Shown in pieces: positions 22,701 through 31,381 of a DNA stretch of 64,000 nt. The stretch spans positions 42,022 to 106,021 of the forward strand of contig JARQPW010000001.1 of NCBI GenBank assembly GCA_029577135.1. Direction: 5' to 3'. The stretch is from Acidimicrobiales bacterium. Lineage in GTDB: Bacteria > Actinomycetota > Acidimicrobiia > Acidimicrobiales > MedAcidi-G1. Position 1 is the stretch's first letter; the number at the start of each line of letters is the position of its first letter. Both the position numbers and the translations under genes were made by a program. The notes under the pieces are model-generated. The model ran no database searches, had not been told where the DNA came from, and saw only the letters and a program-made list of their open reading frames with translations.

Positions 22701-22953
22701 ACGGTTCGACGATGTACTGACCACAATCATCGACGGCATCGAACAGGGCCTCTTCCCCGCCCGCCCACCGAAGTCCTCCTACGGCATCGGGTGCGACTAC
22801 TGCGATCCCGACGGCCTGGGCACGAAGTCCCGCCTGGAGCACTGGGACCGCAAGCGCCACGACCCCCGACTCGACGACTACCGCCGCCTCATCGGCGACC
22901 TGCCCGACAACGGACCGATCGCCGTCATCGGCCTCGGAGGCTCCGATGGTTGA
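19777..22953 (+). CDS. AddB/AdnA-like helicase-nuclease subunit (PD-(D/E)XK nuclease, no Walker A)
   Basis: C-terminal RecB-type nuclease motifs (WVRCPYAYF, GRIDRVDR...VVTDFKTGK, QLPLY) and a terminal CDYC. No GxxGxGK[ST] anywhere in the protein. It overlaps the next gene by 8 nt. Start is at 19777 or 19798. Confidence 0.8.
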   Translation: MPTLSSDMTTNFAFTSYGAPATAALADAIAAAKGDDLLAPVTVVVPSNLVGVSARRTLAAGSPAGLAAVRFETVLGLARLLAGPSLSGERRRVTDSVVGAAVRSVLASSADILRPVARHPATERALVRVHRELRELDDDALTALADTGPRAAEVVRLQREVHDRLADRYVDEVDLHRAAAATAAAGHPLLDGLGALVLHLPDRLPASGLALVEALAANSPVAVVVAHAGDVEADAPLLELVGRLGGTLPPEPPSAYASRLLVRSVTDPDEEARLAVREVLAGARAGIAFNRMAIAHPGNDRYARLLHQHLVAADVPFNGVAGRRLGESLTGRTLLALLALPDHDLARTAVMAVLTSGAMLGIDGRPVPVTAWERLARESGVVAGVDQWDQRLRRYGADQDARLAELEAGGADASQLRGLRERKARADDLLAFVQRLADDLDPQQRPSDWPGLTRWATGLLERYLGSSTDRADWPPEEVDAHARVGDLLRNLAGLGAIEAAPGLANFRRAVADGLDREVDREGRFGNGVFVGGFGATAGLDLDRVVVVGLAEGVTPPRRRDDPLLSDTVRRTLDGALSLRAERQADLHRNVLATFAAGAIDRVLVFPRGDLGSKTEAVPSRWLLDEVEAELGERPSPTQLEDLGADWFATSFSFAHSLEQLDHPSNHHEYALAELLRDRHRGLLPDVSDRRSTDEVLSRGIDLVRGREAPQLTRFDGLLDGVDLPSPADGHTILSATRLENWVRCPYAYFMRYVLGVGTLDEPADEDGITPLERGSLAHQILDRFLTEVIEADDLPSPDVPWGPAHHQRLDRICDEEFALVESRGLTGRPLLWQRDGGRLRRALAEFLLDDDERRSDDLLTPVAAEMAFGFDGAEPLVLHLADGRTLRFRGRIDRVDRAVGGGLVVTDFKTGKKQYYNKVSEDSPDVNGQYLQLPLYGLAARERLAAPDAEVEVRYWFVTDGGRIVGHPLSDPVLERFDDVLTTIIDGIEQGLFPARPPKSSYGIGCDYCDPDGLGTKSRLEHWDRKRHDPRLDDYRRLIGDLPDNGPIAVIGLGGSDG

Positions 22954-25900
22954 GCCGACCCGCCCCGTGCCCATCGACCAGGCGGCACGCGACCGCATCG
23001 CCAACGACCTCGCCACCACCCTGTTCGTCGAGGCCGGCGCCGGAACCGGCAAGACCAGTGCGCTCGTCGACCGCATCGTGTCCCTCGTGGCCTCTGGCGT
23101 CTCCGTCGAGCACATCGCCGCCATCACCTTCACCGATCGGGCCGCCACCGAACTCCGTGACCGGGTCCGCCGACACCTCGAGGCCATGGCCGCCGGGCAG
23201 GGTGCCGCCGCTGAGGTCGCCGCCCGGGCGCTCGTGGATCTCGACGGCGCTGCGCTGTGCACACTCCACGCCTTCGCCCAGCGCATCCTCATCGAGCACC
23301 CCATCGAGGCCGGGCTGCCACCGGCGGTCGAGGTCATGGACGAGGTGTCGTCGCTGGTCGACTTCGACGAGCGCTGGGCCGGAGTCGTCGAGACGCTGCT
23401 CGGCGACCCCCGGCACGCCTTCACGGTGCTGGCCAGCTTCGAACTCGGCATCAGCCTCCACCAACTCCGCCGCATGGCACGCCGGTTCGACGACAACTGG
23501 GACCTCATCGACGCCCGGCTGGCGTTCACCCCCGATCCCCGGCTGATCGACGTCGAGCCGCTACTCGCCGACCTGCGTGAAGTGATCGACCTGCGCAAGC
23601 ACTGCACCGCCGAGGCCGACACGATGCTCGACCGCCTCGACCGGGTCGAACTGTTCGCCGACCGGCTCGAGGAGGCCGACGACGACCCCCTGGCCGTGGT
23701 CCGGATACTCAGCGACCGCAAGGACGTCACCGGCCGCCGGAGGTCCGGCGACAAGAGGAAGTGGGCGGGCAGCGTCTCGATCGACGAGGTGCGCGACCAA
23801 CTCTGGGCCGTCGACGACCACATCGATGCCGAGGTGCAACGGCTCAACGACGAGGTCATCGACCGCCTGGTCGAGGTCGTGGGCCGCGGTGCGGTGGAGG
23901 CCGCCGAGCACCGGCGGCGGCAGGGGCAGCTCGGCTTCCACGACCTCCTGGTCCTCGCCCGGCGCGTCCTGACCGACCCGGCCCACGGGCTCGGCGTCCG
24001 TGCCGCGCTGGCCGACCACTACCGCTACCTCCTCCTCGACGAGTTCCAGGACACCGACCCGCTGCAGATCGAGTTGGCGGCCCTCATCGCCGACCCCGAC
24101 ACCGTCACCGACGACTGGCGCCACCTGCGCCCACGGGCCGGTTCGCTGTTCTTCGTCGGCGACCCGAAGCAGTCGATCTACGGGTTTCGGCGTGCCGACA
24201 TGGCCGTCTACCTCGACGCCCGGGAGACCTTCGGCGACGACGCCGTGCACCTCGAGCAGAACTTCCGGACCACGGAGCCCATCATCGACTGGGTCAACGC
24301 CGTGTTCGAACGCCTCATCGAGCACCGGCACCGGGCACAACCCGAGTACACGCCGCTGGTCGCCGTCCGGGTCGACGGTTCCACCGGTCCCCCGGTGGTA
24401 CTGCTCGGCGCCGACGATGCAGATGACAACGTGGCCGACGACCTCCGCGCCAAGTCGTCCGCCGATGTCGCCGCCGCCGTGAGCACGGCGCTCGCCGAGG
24501 GCTGGACGGTCGTCGACGAGTCGAAGCCGGCCGCCGACGGCGGCCCACCGGTCGAGACCTGGCGGCCCTGTCAGCCCAGCGACATCGCCATCCTCGTCCG
24601 CAGCCGCACCCCGGTCGACGCCCTGGCCGCCGCACTCACCGATGTCGGGATCCCGTACCGCATCGAGGCGGGGTTCAACCCCCTGGCCACCGACGAGGTC
24701 CGCGACATCCTCGCAACCCTCCGGGCCGTCGACGACCCCACCGACGAACTGGCCCTGGCCGCGGCACTGCGCACGCCCCTCTTCGGCTGCGGCGACGACG
24801 ACCTGTTCGAGTTCGCCTCGGCCGGCGGGCGCTGGAACCACCAGGACCCCGGCTCCCCCAACCTCCCCGCCGACCACCCGGTGCTCGAGGGCATCGCCTG
24901 GATGGCTGCCATGCACGCCCGACGGCCCTGGGAGGGCGCTGCCGACCTGGTCGAGCACCTCGTGCGCGACCGTCGCGCCATGGAGTTGGCGCTCTGCTCG
25001 CCGCGGCCCCGCGACGCCTGGCGACGCATCCGCACGTTCCTGGACACGGCACGGGCCTTCGGCGAGACACGGGGCAGCGACCTCCGGTCGTTCCTGGCCT
25101 GGTGTCGCCTCCATGCGGCGGACGACGTCCGGGTCGACGAGGTCGTGCCACCGGAGCCAGACGACAACGCCGTGCGCATCCTCACGATGCACGGCGCCAA
25201 AGGCCTCGAGTTCCCGATCTGCGTCCTCGCCGACCTCGGGAGCAAGCGCATGAGCGCCGGACTGGCGGTCCACTTCCCCGAGGGGGGAGGCATCGCCGTT
25301 GCGCTCACCAAGAAGCTGGCGAACGCCCCTCATCGGGCCCACGCCGACGCCCTGCTTGATGCCGACCACCTCGAACGACTGCGCCTCCTCTATGTCGCCG
25401 CCACCCGTGCCCGCGACCACCTGGTCCTCGCCCTGCACCGCAGCACGCCGGCCAAAGAGCCCGACCACACCGTCACGGTGACCAACGCCGAGATCCTCGC
25501 CAGCGCCTCGGCCGACCTCGACATGCATGTGGTGCTCGAGCCGACCGTGCTGCCGCTGCCGGCGCTGCTCCCACCCGACACCACGCCGATCCCCGACGGG
25601 GCAACCTGGGTTGCCGAACTCGACGACGCCCGGGTCGCCGGCGAGCGGCGGCGCACCGTCTCGGCCACGTCGCTGGCGGCCGACGGCGCCGGACCGGACG
25701 CCGAGGCCGAGGTCGAGGTCGAGCGCCGGTGGCACGGCGAGGCCGGACGCCATGGTCCGGCGATCGGGCGAGCCGTACACCAGGCCCTCGAGGTCGCCGA
25801 CTTGACAGGTGACGGCAGCGCCGACGCACGTGTGGCAGCAGCGTCCGAGGACGTCGATCCCGATGCTGTCGTCGCCAAGGTCGCCGCCGCACTGGTCGCA

Positions 25901-26281
25901 CCCTCGGTGCGGGCCGCTACCGCCGCCGAGCACTGGCGCGAGCTCTACGTGGCCGTGCCCATCGACGACGACGTGCTCCTCGAGGGCTACCTCGACCTGG
26001 CGTGGCGCTCGACCGAAGACGGCGTCGACGGCCTCACGGTCCTCGACTACAAGACCGACGCCTTCACCGACGAGTCCGACCTCGACGCCAAGGTCGCCCG
26101 CTACCGGCACCAGGGCGCCGCCTACGCCCTCGCCCTCGGCCGGGCCGCCGGCCTGCCCGTGCACCGCATGGTCTTCTGCTTCGTGGGCGGGCCCGACGGC
26201 ACCCCGGCCGTCGAGCGCCGGATCGACGACCTCGACGCTGCCGTTGCCGAGGTCGAGGCCCTGCTGACGGCACAGCGCTAA
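22946..26281 (+). CDS. AddA/AdnB-like UvrD-family helicase with C-terminal PD-(D/E)XK nuclease
   Basis: Walker A EAGAGTGKTSAL, DExx LLLDEFQDTD, UvrD motifs (FFVGDPKQSIYGFRRAD, TMHGAKGLEF, LLYVAATRARDHL). The nuclease motif is GYLDLAW...VLDYKTD...HQGAAYALAL. Confidence 0.9.
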   Translation: MVEPTRPVPIDQAARDRIANDLATTLFVEAGAGTGKTSALVDRIVSLVASGVSVEHIAAITFTDRAATELRDRVRRHLEAMAAGQGAAAEVAARALVDLDGAALCTLHAFAQRILIEHPIEAGLPPAVEVMDEVSSLVDFDERWAGVVETLLGDPRHAFTVLASFELGISLHQLRRMARRFDDNWDLIDARLAFTPDPRLIDVEPLLADLREVIDLRKHCTAEADTMLDRLDRVELFADRLEEADDDPLAVVRILSDRKDVTGRRRSGDKRKWAGSVSIDEVRDQLWAVDDHIDAEVQRLNDEVIDRLVEVVGRGAVEAAEHRRRQGQLGFHDLLVLARRVLTDPAHGLGVRAALADHYRYLLLDEFQDTDPLQIELAALIADPDTVTDDWRHLRPRAGSLFFVGDPKQSIYGFRRADMAVYLDARETFGDDAVHLEQNFRTTEPIIDWVNAVFERLIEHRHRAQPEYTPLVAVRVDGSTGPPVVLLGADDADDNVADDLRAKSSADVAAAVSTALAEGWTVVDESKPAADGGPPVETWRPCQPSDIAILVRSRTPVDALAAALTDVGIPYRIEAGFNPLATDEVRDILATLRAVDDPTDELALAAALRTPLFGCGDDDLFEFASAGGRWNHQDPGSPNLPADHPVLEGIAWMAAMHARRPWEGAADLVEHLVRDRRAMELALCSPRPRDAWRRIRTFLDTARAFGETRGSDLRSFLAWCRLHAADDVRVDEVVPPEPDDNAVRILTMHGAKGLEFPICVLADLGSKRMSAGLAVHFPEGGGIAVALTKKLANAPHRAHADALLDADHLERLRLLYVAATRARDHLVLALHRSTPAKEPDHTVTVTNAEILASASADLDMHVVLEPTVLPLPALLPPDTTPIPDGATWVAELDDARVAGERRRTVSATSLAADGAGPDAEAEVEVERRWHGEAGRHGPAIGRAVHQALEVADLTGDGSADARVAAASEDVDPDAVVAKVAAALVAPSVRAATAAEHWRELYVAVPIDDDVLLEGYLDLAWRSTEDGVDGLTVLDYKTDAFTDESDLDAKVARYRHQGAAYALALGRAAGLPVHRMVFCFVGGPDGTPAVERRIDDLDAAVAEVEALLTAQR

Positions 26282-26291
26282 CGTCCCCCGG

Positions 26292-27137
26292 GTGACCCAG
26301 GGCCCCTTCCGCAGCGTGCTGTTCGCACCCGGCAACCGGGCCCACGTGCTGGCCAAGTTGCCCCGCAGCGGGCCCGATGCCGCCGTCATCGACCTCGAGG
26401 ACGCCACGCCACCCGACCAGAAGGCCCAGGCTCGGGCAATCGCCCGGCAGGTCGTCGCCGACCTGACGGCCTCGCATCCCGACCTGTCGCTGCTGGTCCG
26501 GGTCAACGCCCCCGACACCGGGTTCTTCGCTGGCGACGTGACCGATGGGCTGGCCCCGGGGCTCGCCGGGGTGGTCGTGCCAAAGTTGGCCTCCTCCGCC
26601 GCCGTCGATGCGGTCGCCGCCGCCCTCGACGCAGCCGGCTACGCCGACCTACCGGTCATGGCCGGCCTCGAGACCGTGATCGGGGTGGTCGACGCCCGCA
26701 CCGTCACCACCCACCCGCGGGTGGCATGGTGCTACTTCGGCGCCGAGGACTACATCGTCGACCTGGGCGGGGTCCGCACCGGGTCCAACCACGAGGTGGC
26801 CGTCGCCCGTGCGCAGGTGGCGCAGGCGGCCGGCCTCGGCGACATCCACGCCATCGACATGGTGGTGGCCGACTTCGGCGACGAGGCACGGTTCCGAAGC
26901 GAGGCCACCGAGGCCCGGGCGTTGGGCTTCAGCGGCAAGCTCTGCATCCACCCGGATCAGGTGGCGCTGGCCCACGACTGCTTCCGCCCCACCGACGACG
27001 AGCTGGCCTGGGCCGGCCGGGTGGTCGAGGCCTGGGAGGCCGCCGTCGCCCGCGGCGAGGCCGCCATCCAGGTCGACGGCTCCATGGTCGATGAACCGGT
27101 GGTCCGGCGGGCCCGAGCCCTGCTCGAGGCCGACTGA
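26292..27137 (+). CDS. HpcH/HpaI aldolase / citrate lyase beta subunit-like (CitE) protein
   Basis: RSVLFAPGNRAHVLAKLPRSGPDAAVIDLEDATPP...GLETV...CIHPDQV is typical of the CitE/citryl- or malyl-CoA lyase family. GTG start. Confidence 0.85.
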   Translation: MTQGPFRSVLFAPGNRAHVLAKLPRSGPDAAVIDLEDATPPDQKAQARAIARQVVADLTASHPDLSLLVRVNAPDTGFFAGDVTDGLAPGLAGVVVPKLASSAAVDAVAAALDAAGYADLPVMAGLETVIGVVDARTVTTHPRVAWCYFGAEDYIVDLGGVRTGSNHEVAVARAQVAQAAGLGDIHAIDMVVADFGDEARFRSEATEARALGFSGKLCIHPDQVALAHDCFRPTDDELAWAGRVVEAWEAAVARGEAAIQVDGSMVDEPVVRRARALLEAD

Positions 27138-27192
27138 CCCCCACGCCGACCCGGCGTGCCATCCTGAGCCGGCACGAACCCGGAGGTTTCCG

Positions 27193-28137
27193 ATGGCCAA
27201 CCTGGTCCCCGAGGGCGGGGCGCTCTACGGCATCCAACTCCCCATCCAGACCCTGACGCGCACGCTCGTCGACCCCTGGGAGGACGACGCCACCACCCAA
27301 GACCTCCTCACGGTCGCCCGGACAGCCGAGGCGGCTGGCCTCGACTTCGTCGGCGTGTGCGACCACGTGGCGATCCCCGACAACGAGTACGCCGCCAACA
27401 TGCGCACCACCTGGTACGACCCGGTGGCGACGCTGGCCTGGCTGGGCGCCCAGACCGGGTCGATCCACCTGCTGTCGGTCGTGTGGATCGCCGCCTATCG
27501 CCACCCGCTGCTCACCGCCAGCTCCTTTGGCACGCTGTCGCACCTCACCGGCGGGCGGGTGATCCTGGGCGTCGGTGCCGGCCACGTCGAAGCGGAGTTC
27601 GAGGCGCTCGGCATCGACTACCACCAGCGGGGGAAGATCCTCGACGAGTGCATCGATGCCGTCCGGGGCGCCTGGACCGACACCTATGTGAGCCACGAGG
27701 GCGGGCACTTCACGTACTCGGACGTCGGTGTGTCGCCCGGCCCGCCGGGCGGTGACCTCCCGATCTGGGTGGGTGGCGCAGGTTCCGCCGCATGGAAGCG
27801 GTGCGGCCGACGGGGCGACGGCTACATCCCCATGGGCGCCCAGCGCGACGCCTACCCGGAGATCATCGACACGATCCACCGGGCCGCCGAGGAGGCCGGA
27901 CGTGGCGACGCCTCGTTCGACATCGGGATCATGCCCGGCTGGACCTACATCGGCGAGCCGCCCGACGACCTGCCACCGGCCTGGCTGACCGGCGAACCCG
28001 AACAGATCGCCGAATCGCTCAGCTCCGACCGGGCCGTCGGCGCCAACGTGTTCCACCTCAAGTTCCGTGGCCGGACCCTCGACGAGTACCTCGACCAGCT
28101 GGCCGCCTTCGGCGAACAGGTGCGGCCCCTGCTCTAG
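27193..28137 (+). CDS. luciferase-like monooxygenase (LLM) class oxidoreductase, probably F420-dependent
   Basis: LLM fold signatures (GLDFVGVCDHVAIP, ILGVGAGHVEAEFEALGI, LPIWVGG). The cofactor assignment is family-level inference. Confidence 0.8.
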   Translation: MANLVPEGGALYGIQLPIQTLTRTLVDPWEDDATTQDLLTVARTAEAAGLDFVGVCDHVAIPDNEYAANMRTTWYDPVATLAWLGAQTGSIHLLSVVWIAAYRHPLLTASSFGTLSHLTGGRVILGVGAGHVEAEFEALGIDYHQRGKILDECIDAVRGAWTDTYVSHEGGHFTYSDVGVSPGPPGGDLPIWVGGAGSAAWKRCGRRGDGYIPMGAQRDAYPEIIDTIHRAAEEAGRGDASFDIGIMPGWTYIGEPPDDLPPAWLTGEPEQIAESLSSDRAVGANVFHLKFRGRTLDEYLDQLAAFGEQVRPLL

Positions 28138-28228
28138 GCGTTCCTGTCCGGAGGTTGAACGGACACCGGATCCGGAACCTTTTGCCGCGAGGGGTGTGAC
28201 CCGGGTCCGGACGGGCGATCATGGAGTC

Positions 28229-28819
28229 ATGGTCGATCTCGATGAGGACACCCAACAGGCCCTGCTGCTGTTCAACCGGCGCGCCGAGGCCGAGAAGCAG
28301 GCAGCCGTTGCTGCGAAACGCCTCGTCAAGGCGGAGCGCGCCAAGGACGAGGCCGCCGAGGCCGTGAAACGGCTCCAGGGCTCCGGCGGCGAGGCGCTCG
28401 CCACCGCCGAGGCCGAGTGGCGTCAGGCCCTCGAGGCCTGGCAGGACATCCGCGACGGCAAGGAGCCGGCCGAAGAGGCGCCAGCTGAAGAATCAGCCGA
28501 CGGGGACGAGGACGAAGAAGCAGCCGAGGAAGTCAGCGACGACGAGACCGACGAGGCCCCCGCCCCCGCCGAGACCGAGACCGACGAGGCCCCCGCCGAG
28601 ACCGAGACCGACGAGGCCCCCGCCGAGACCGAGACCGACGAGGCCCCCGCCCAAGCCGAAACCGAGACCGACGAGGCCCCCGCCCAAGCCGAGACCGACG
28701 AGGCCCCCGCCCAAGCCGAAACCGAGACCGACGAGGCCCCCGCCCAAGCCGAAACCGAGACCGACGACGCAGCCGACGAGGCTCCAGCCGACGAGGCTCC
28801 AGCCGACGAAGAGGAATAG
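28229..28819 (+). CDS. acidic tandem-repeat protein (coiled-coil N-terminus, ETETDEAPA(QA) repeats)
   Basis: MVDLDEDTQQALLLFNRRAEAEKQAAVAAKRLVKAERAKDEAAEAVKRL..., then about 7 acidic repeats, ending ADEAPADEAPADEEE. Start chosen at ATG 28229 because upstream track residues overlap the LLM gene. Confidence 0.6.
   Translation: MVDLDEDTQQALLLFNRRAEAEKQAAVAAKRLVKAERAKDEAAEAVKRLQGSGGEALATAEAEWRQALEAWQDIRDGKEPAEEAPAEESADGDEDEEAAEEVSDDETDEAPAPAETETDEAPAETETDEAPAETETDEAPAQAETETDEAPAQAETDEAPAQAETETDEAPAQAETETDDAADEAPADEAPADEEE
28544..28812 (+). repeat. in-frame tandem repeat, core unit gagaccgacgaggcccccgcc (period 27-33 nt, ~7 copies)
   Basis: Direct reading shows the core recurring at 28544, 28577, 28604, 28631, 28664, 28691 and 28724, with degenerate GACGAGGCTCCAGCC copies at the end. 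Confidence 0.85.
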
Positions 28820-28840
28820 GGCGCCAGGCGGGTCCGGCCC

Positions 28841-29722
28841 ATGACAGACGCACTGCCGACCTCGCCGCTGCGGGCGGTGACCGACGACGAGGTCGCCACC
28901 TTCCGACACGACGGCGTCGTCCACCTTCCCGGCATCCTCCCTGCCGCCTGGCTGCAGCACCTGGCCGAACCGGTCGAGCGGACCATCGTCGACCGTTCCG
29001 TCACGACCGACCTGACCGAGATGGGCGGCGCCCTGGCCGAGGGGCTCGGCGCCGAGCTCCTCACTGACGACCGCACCGGCGGTGGGCGATTCCTCTCGGG
29101 CGTCGACCACTGGCGCCACGACGACGACTTCGCCGCCTTCGCCATGCGCTCACCGCTCCCGGGGATCGCCGGTGCGCTCCTCGACGCCGCCCGCATCCAT
29201 CTCTACGAGGACTCGGTGTTGGTCAAGGAGCCCGGCACCGCCGAGGAGACCGCCTTCCACCAGGACCTCGGCTACTTCCACCTCGAGGGCGACCGCATCT
29301 GCACCATGTGGACGCCGCTCGACGAGGTCACGTCAGAGACCGGCGCCGTCGTCTACCTGCGGGGCTCGCACCTGACCGGCGACGTCTACCGCCCCAACTA
29401 CTTCGTGACCGCCGAGCCCCTGGCCGGAACCGAAGGCCTGCCCGTCCCGGACCTGCGCCCCGGCGACGACCACCCCGACCTGGTCCGCTTCGACACCCGT
29501 CCCGGCGACGTCGTGGTGCACCACGCCGGCACCCTCCACGGGGCGGGCGCCAACCGGTCATCGACGACACGCCGGCGGGCCGTCTCGGTGCGCTACTGCG
29601 GCGACGGGGTCCGCCACCGGCTCCGGCCCGGCGCCCCAACCAAGCCGTACCAGACCGCAGACCTCGACGGCACCGAGGTGGTCGACCATCCCGGCATCCC
29701 GCTGGTCTGGCAAGCCTCCTGA
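28841..29722 (+). CDS. phytanoyl-CoA dioxygenase (PhyH) family Fe(II)/2-oxoglutarate oxygenase
   Basis: FRHDGVVHLPGIL at the N-terminus, H-x-D facial triad region AFHQDLGYF, and distal His in VVVHHAGTLHGAGAN. Confidence 0.8.
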   Translation: MTDALPTSPLRAVTDDEVATFRHDGVVHLPGILPAAWLQHLAEPVERTIVDRSVTTDLTEMGGALAEGLGAELLTDDRTGGGRFLSGVDHWRHDDDFAAFAMRSPLPGIAGALLDAARIHLYEDSVLVKEPGTAEETAFHQDLGYFHLEGDRICTMWTPLDEVTSETGAVVYLRGSHLTGDVYRPNYFVTAEPLAGTEGLPVPDLRPGDDHPDLVRFDTRPGDVVVHHAGTLHGAGANRSSTTRRRAVSVRYCGDGVRHRLRPGAPTKPYQTADLDGTEVVDHPGIPLVWQAS

Positions 29723-29745
29723 GGGCCACCGCTAGGGTCCGGGCC

Positions 29746-31320
29746 GTGTCCGGCACCACCATCCCCCGCCTGGTCGACGCAGCCGCCGAACGCTTCGGGG
29801 ACCACGAGGCGTTCGTCGACGGCGACCAGCGCTGGACCTACGCCGAGTACCGCGACCGCATCCACGCCGCCGCACGCGCCCTCATGGCCCGCGGCATCCA
29901 GCCCGGCGACTGCGTGGCGGTGTGGGCGCCCAACACCGCCGAGTGGGCGGTGGCGGCCCTCGGGGTCCACTGCGCCGGCGCCACGCTCATTCCGATCAAC
30001 ACGCGCTTCAAGGGCCGGGAGGCCGGCGACCTGCTGGACCGCACGTCGACGAAGGTGCTGTTCACCGTCACAGACTTCCTCGACACCGACTACGTGGCCC
30101 TGCTGAACGACGCCGGCGCCGGTCGGGGACTCGAGGAGACGATCATCCTGCGGGGCACCATCCCGGAGGGCTGCACATCGTGGGACGTGTTCCTCGAGGC
30201 CGCATCGACCGTCGACGACGCCGACCGGGCGGATCGCTCGGCAGCCGTCGGCCCCGACGACCGGTGCCATGTCATGTTCACGTCGGGCACCACCGGGGCA
30301 CCGAAGGGCGCCATGCTTCGCCACGGCGCCGTCTGCCGGGCATTCCTGTCGTGGACCGAGGTGATCGGCCTGCGCGCCGATGACCGCTACCTGGTGGTCA
30401 ACCCCTTCTTCCACGCCTTCGGGCTGAACTCCGGGATCCTGGCCTGCCTCCTGACCGGGGCGACGCTCATCCCCCATCCGGTGTTCGACGTGCCGGCGGT
30501 GATGGCCCGGGTCGCCGAGGAGCGCATCTCGATGCTGCCCGGCCCGCCGGCGATCTACCAGACGATCCTCAACCACCCCGACCTGGCCGACCTCGACCTT
30601 TCATCGCTGCGCCTGGCGGTGACCGGGGCGGCGCCGGTGCCGGTGCCGCTCATCCACGCCATGCGCGACACGCTCGGCTTCGAGACGGTCATCACCGGCT
30701 ACGGCCTCACCGAGGCCTCGGGAATCGCCACAATGTGTCGCCACGACGACCCGCCCGAGGTCATCTCCGGCAGTTCAGGTCGGGCCATCGACGACGTCGA
30801 AGTGCTGGTCGTCGACGCTGACGGCGACGAGGTGCCACGGGGCGAGCCCGGCGAGGTGGTGGTGCGCGGCTACAACGTGATGGCCGGCTACCTCGACGAT
30901 CCCGACCAGACGGCCGAGGCGGTCGACGCCGACGGCTGGCTGCACACCGGCGACATCGGCGTGATGGACGCAGATGGTTACCTCGACATCACCGACCGGC
31001 TCAAGGACATGTTCATCAACGGCGGGTTCAACGTGTACCCGGCCGAGGTCGAGGGCCAGCTGCTCGCGCACCCCGACATCGCCCAGGTGGCGGTGGTCGG
31101 CGTGCCCGACGAGCGCCTCGGCGAGGTGGGTATGGCGTTCGTGGTGGCGACGTCGGGCACCTCGCCCGACCCGGCCGACCTGGTGGCATGGGCCCGCGCC
31201 GAGATGGCCAACTACAAGGCGCCCCGCCGCTTCGAGGTGGTCGACGCCCTGCCGGCCAACGCCAGCGGAAAGGTCCTCAAATACGAGCTGCGGGAGCGGG
31301 CAGCGGCGACCTCGGCCTGA
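29746..31320 (+). CDS. AMP-dependent acyl-CoA ligase (FadD-like)
   Basis: MFTSGTTGAPKGAML, GYGLTEASG, GDIGVMDADGYLDITDRLKDMFINGG, and PANASGKVLK at the C-terminus. GTG start at 29746. Confidence 0.9.
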   Translation: MSGTTIPRLVDAAAERFGDHEAFVDGDQRWTYAEYRDRIHAAARALMARGIQPGDCVAVWAPNTAEWAVAALGVHCAGATLIPINTRFKGREAGDLLDRTSTKVLFTVTDFLDTDYVALLNDAGAGRGLEETIILRGTIPEGCTSWDVFLEAASTVDDADRADRSAAVGPDDRCHVMFTSGTTGAPKGAMLRHGAVCRAFLSWTEVIGLRADDRYLVVNPFFHAFGLNSGILACLLTGATLIPHPVFDVPAVMARVAEERISMLPGPPAIYQTILNHPDLADLDLSSLRLAVTGAAPVPVPLIHAMRDTLGFETVITGYGLTEASGIATMCRHDDPPEVISGSSGRAIDDVEVLVVDADGDEVPRGEPGEVVVRGYNVMAGYLDDPDQTAEAVDADGWLHTGDIGVMDADGYLDITDRLKDMFINGGFNVYPAEVEGQLLAHPDIAQVAVVGVPDERLGEVGMAFVVATSGTSPDPADLVAWARAEMANYKAPRRFEVVDALPANASGKVLKYELRERAAATSA

Positions 31321-31344
31321 ACACGAAGGGTCCACGGATTATTT

Positions 31345-31368
31345 CTTGCCAGCAAGGTAGTTGGCAAG
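31345..31368. promoter_or_regulatory. candidate MarR operator (inverted repeat)
   Basis: CTTGCCAgcaaggtagtTGGCAAG has 7-bp perfect arms, with a nested CTTGC-ca-GCAAG. It ends 14 nt upstream of the MarR gene ATG. Confidence 0.35.
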
Positions 31369-31381
31369 TAGTCTTCCCGGC

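Noticed and set aside
21016-26518. Two long minus-strand ORFs (947 aa and 985 aa) opposite the helicase-nuclease genes.
   Set aside because: They are antisense GC-bias artefacts. The plus-strand frames carry clear Walker, UvrD and nuclease motifs, while the minus frames are Ser/Arg/Ala/Gly-rich with no motifs.
28544-28812. Regularly spaced repeats that might be a CRISPR array.
   Set aside because: The units are contiguous (27-33 nt period, no unique spacers) and in frame within an ORF encoding ETETDEAPA repeats. No cas genes are present. The same reasoning applies to the 21-nt repeats at 43971-44054.
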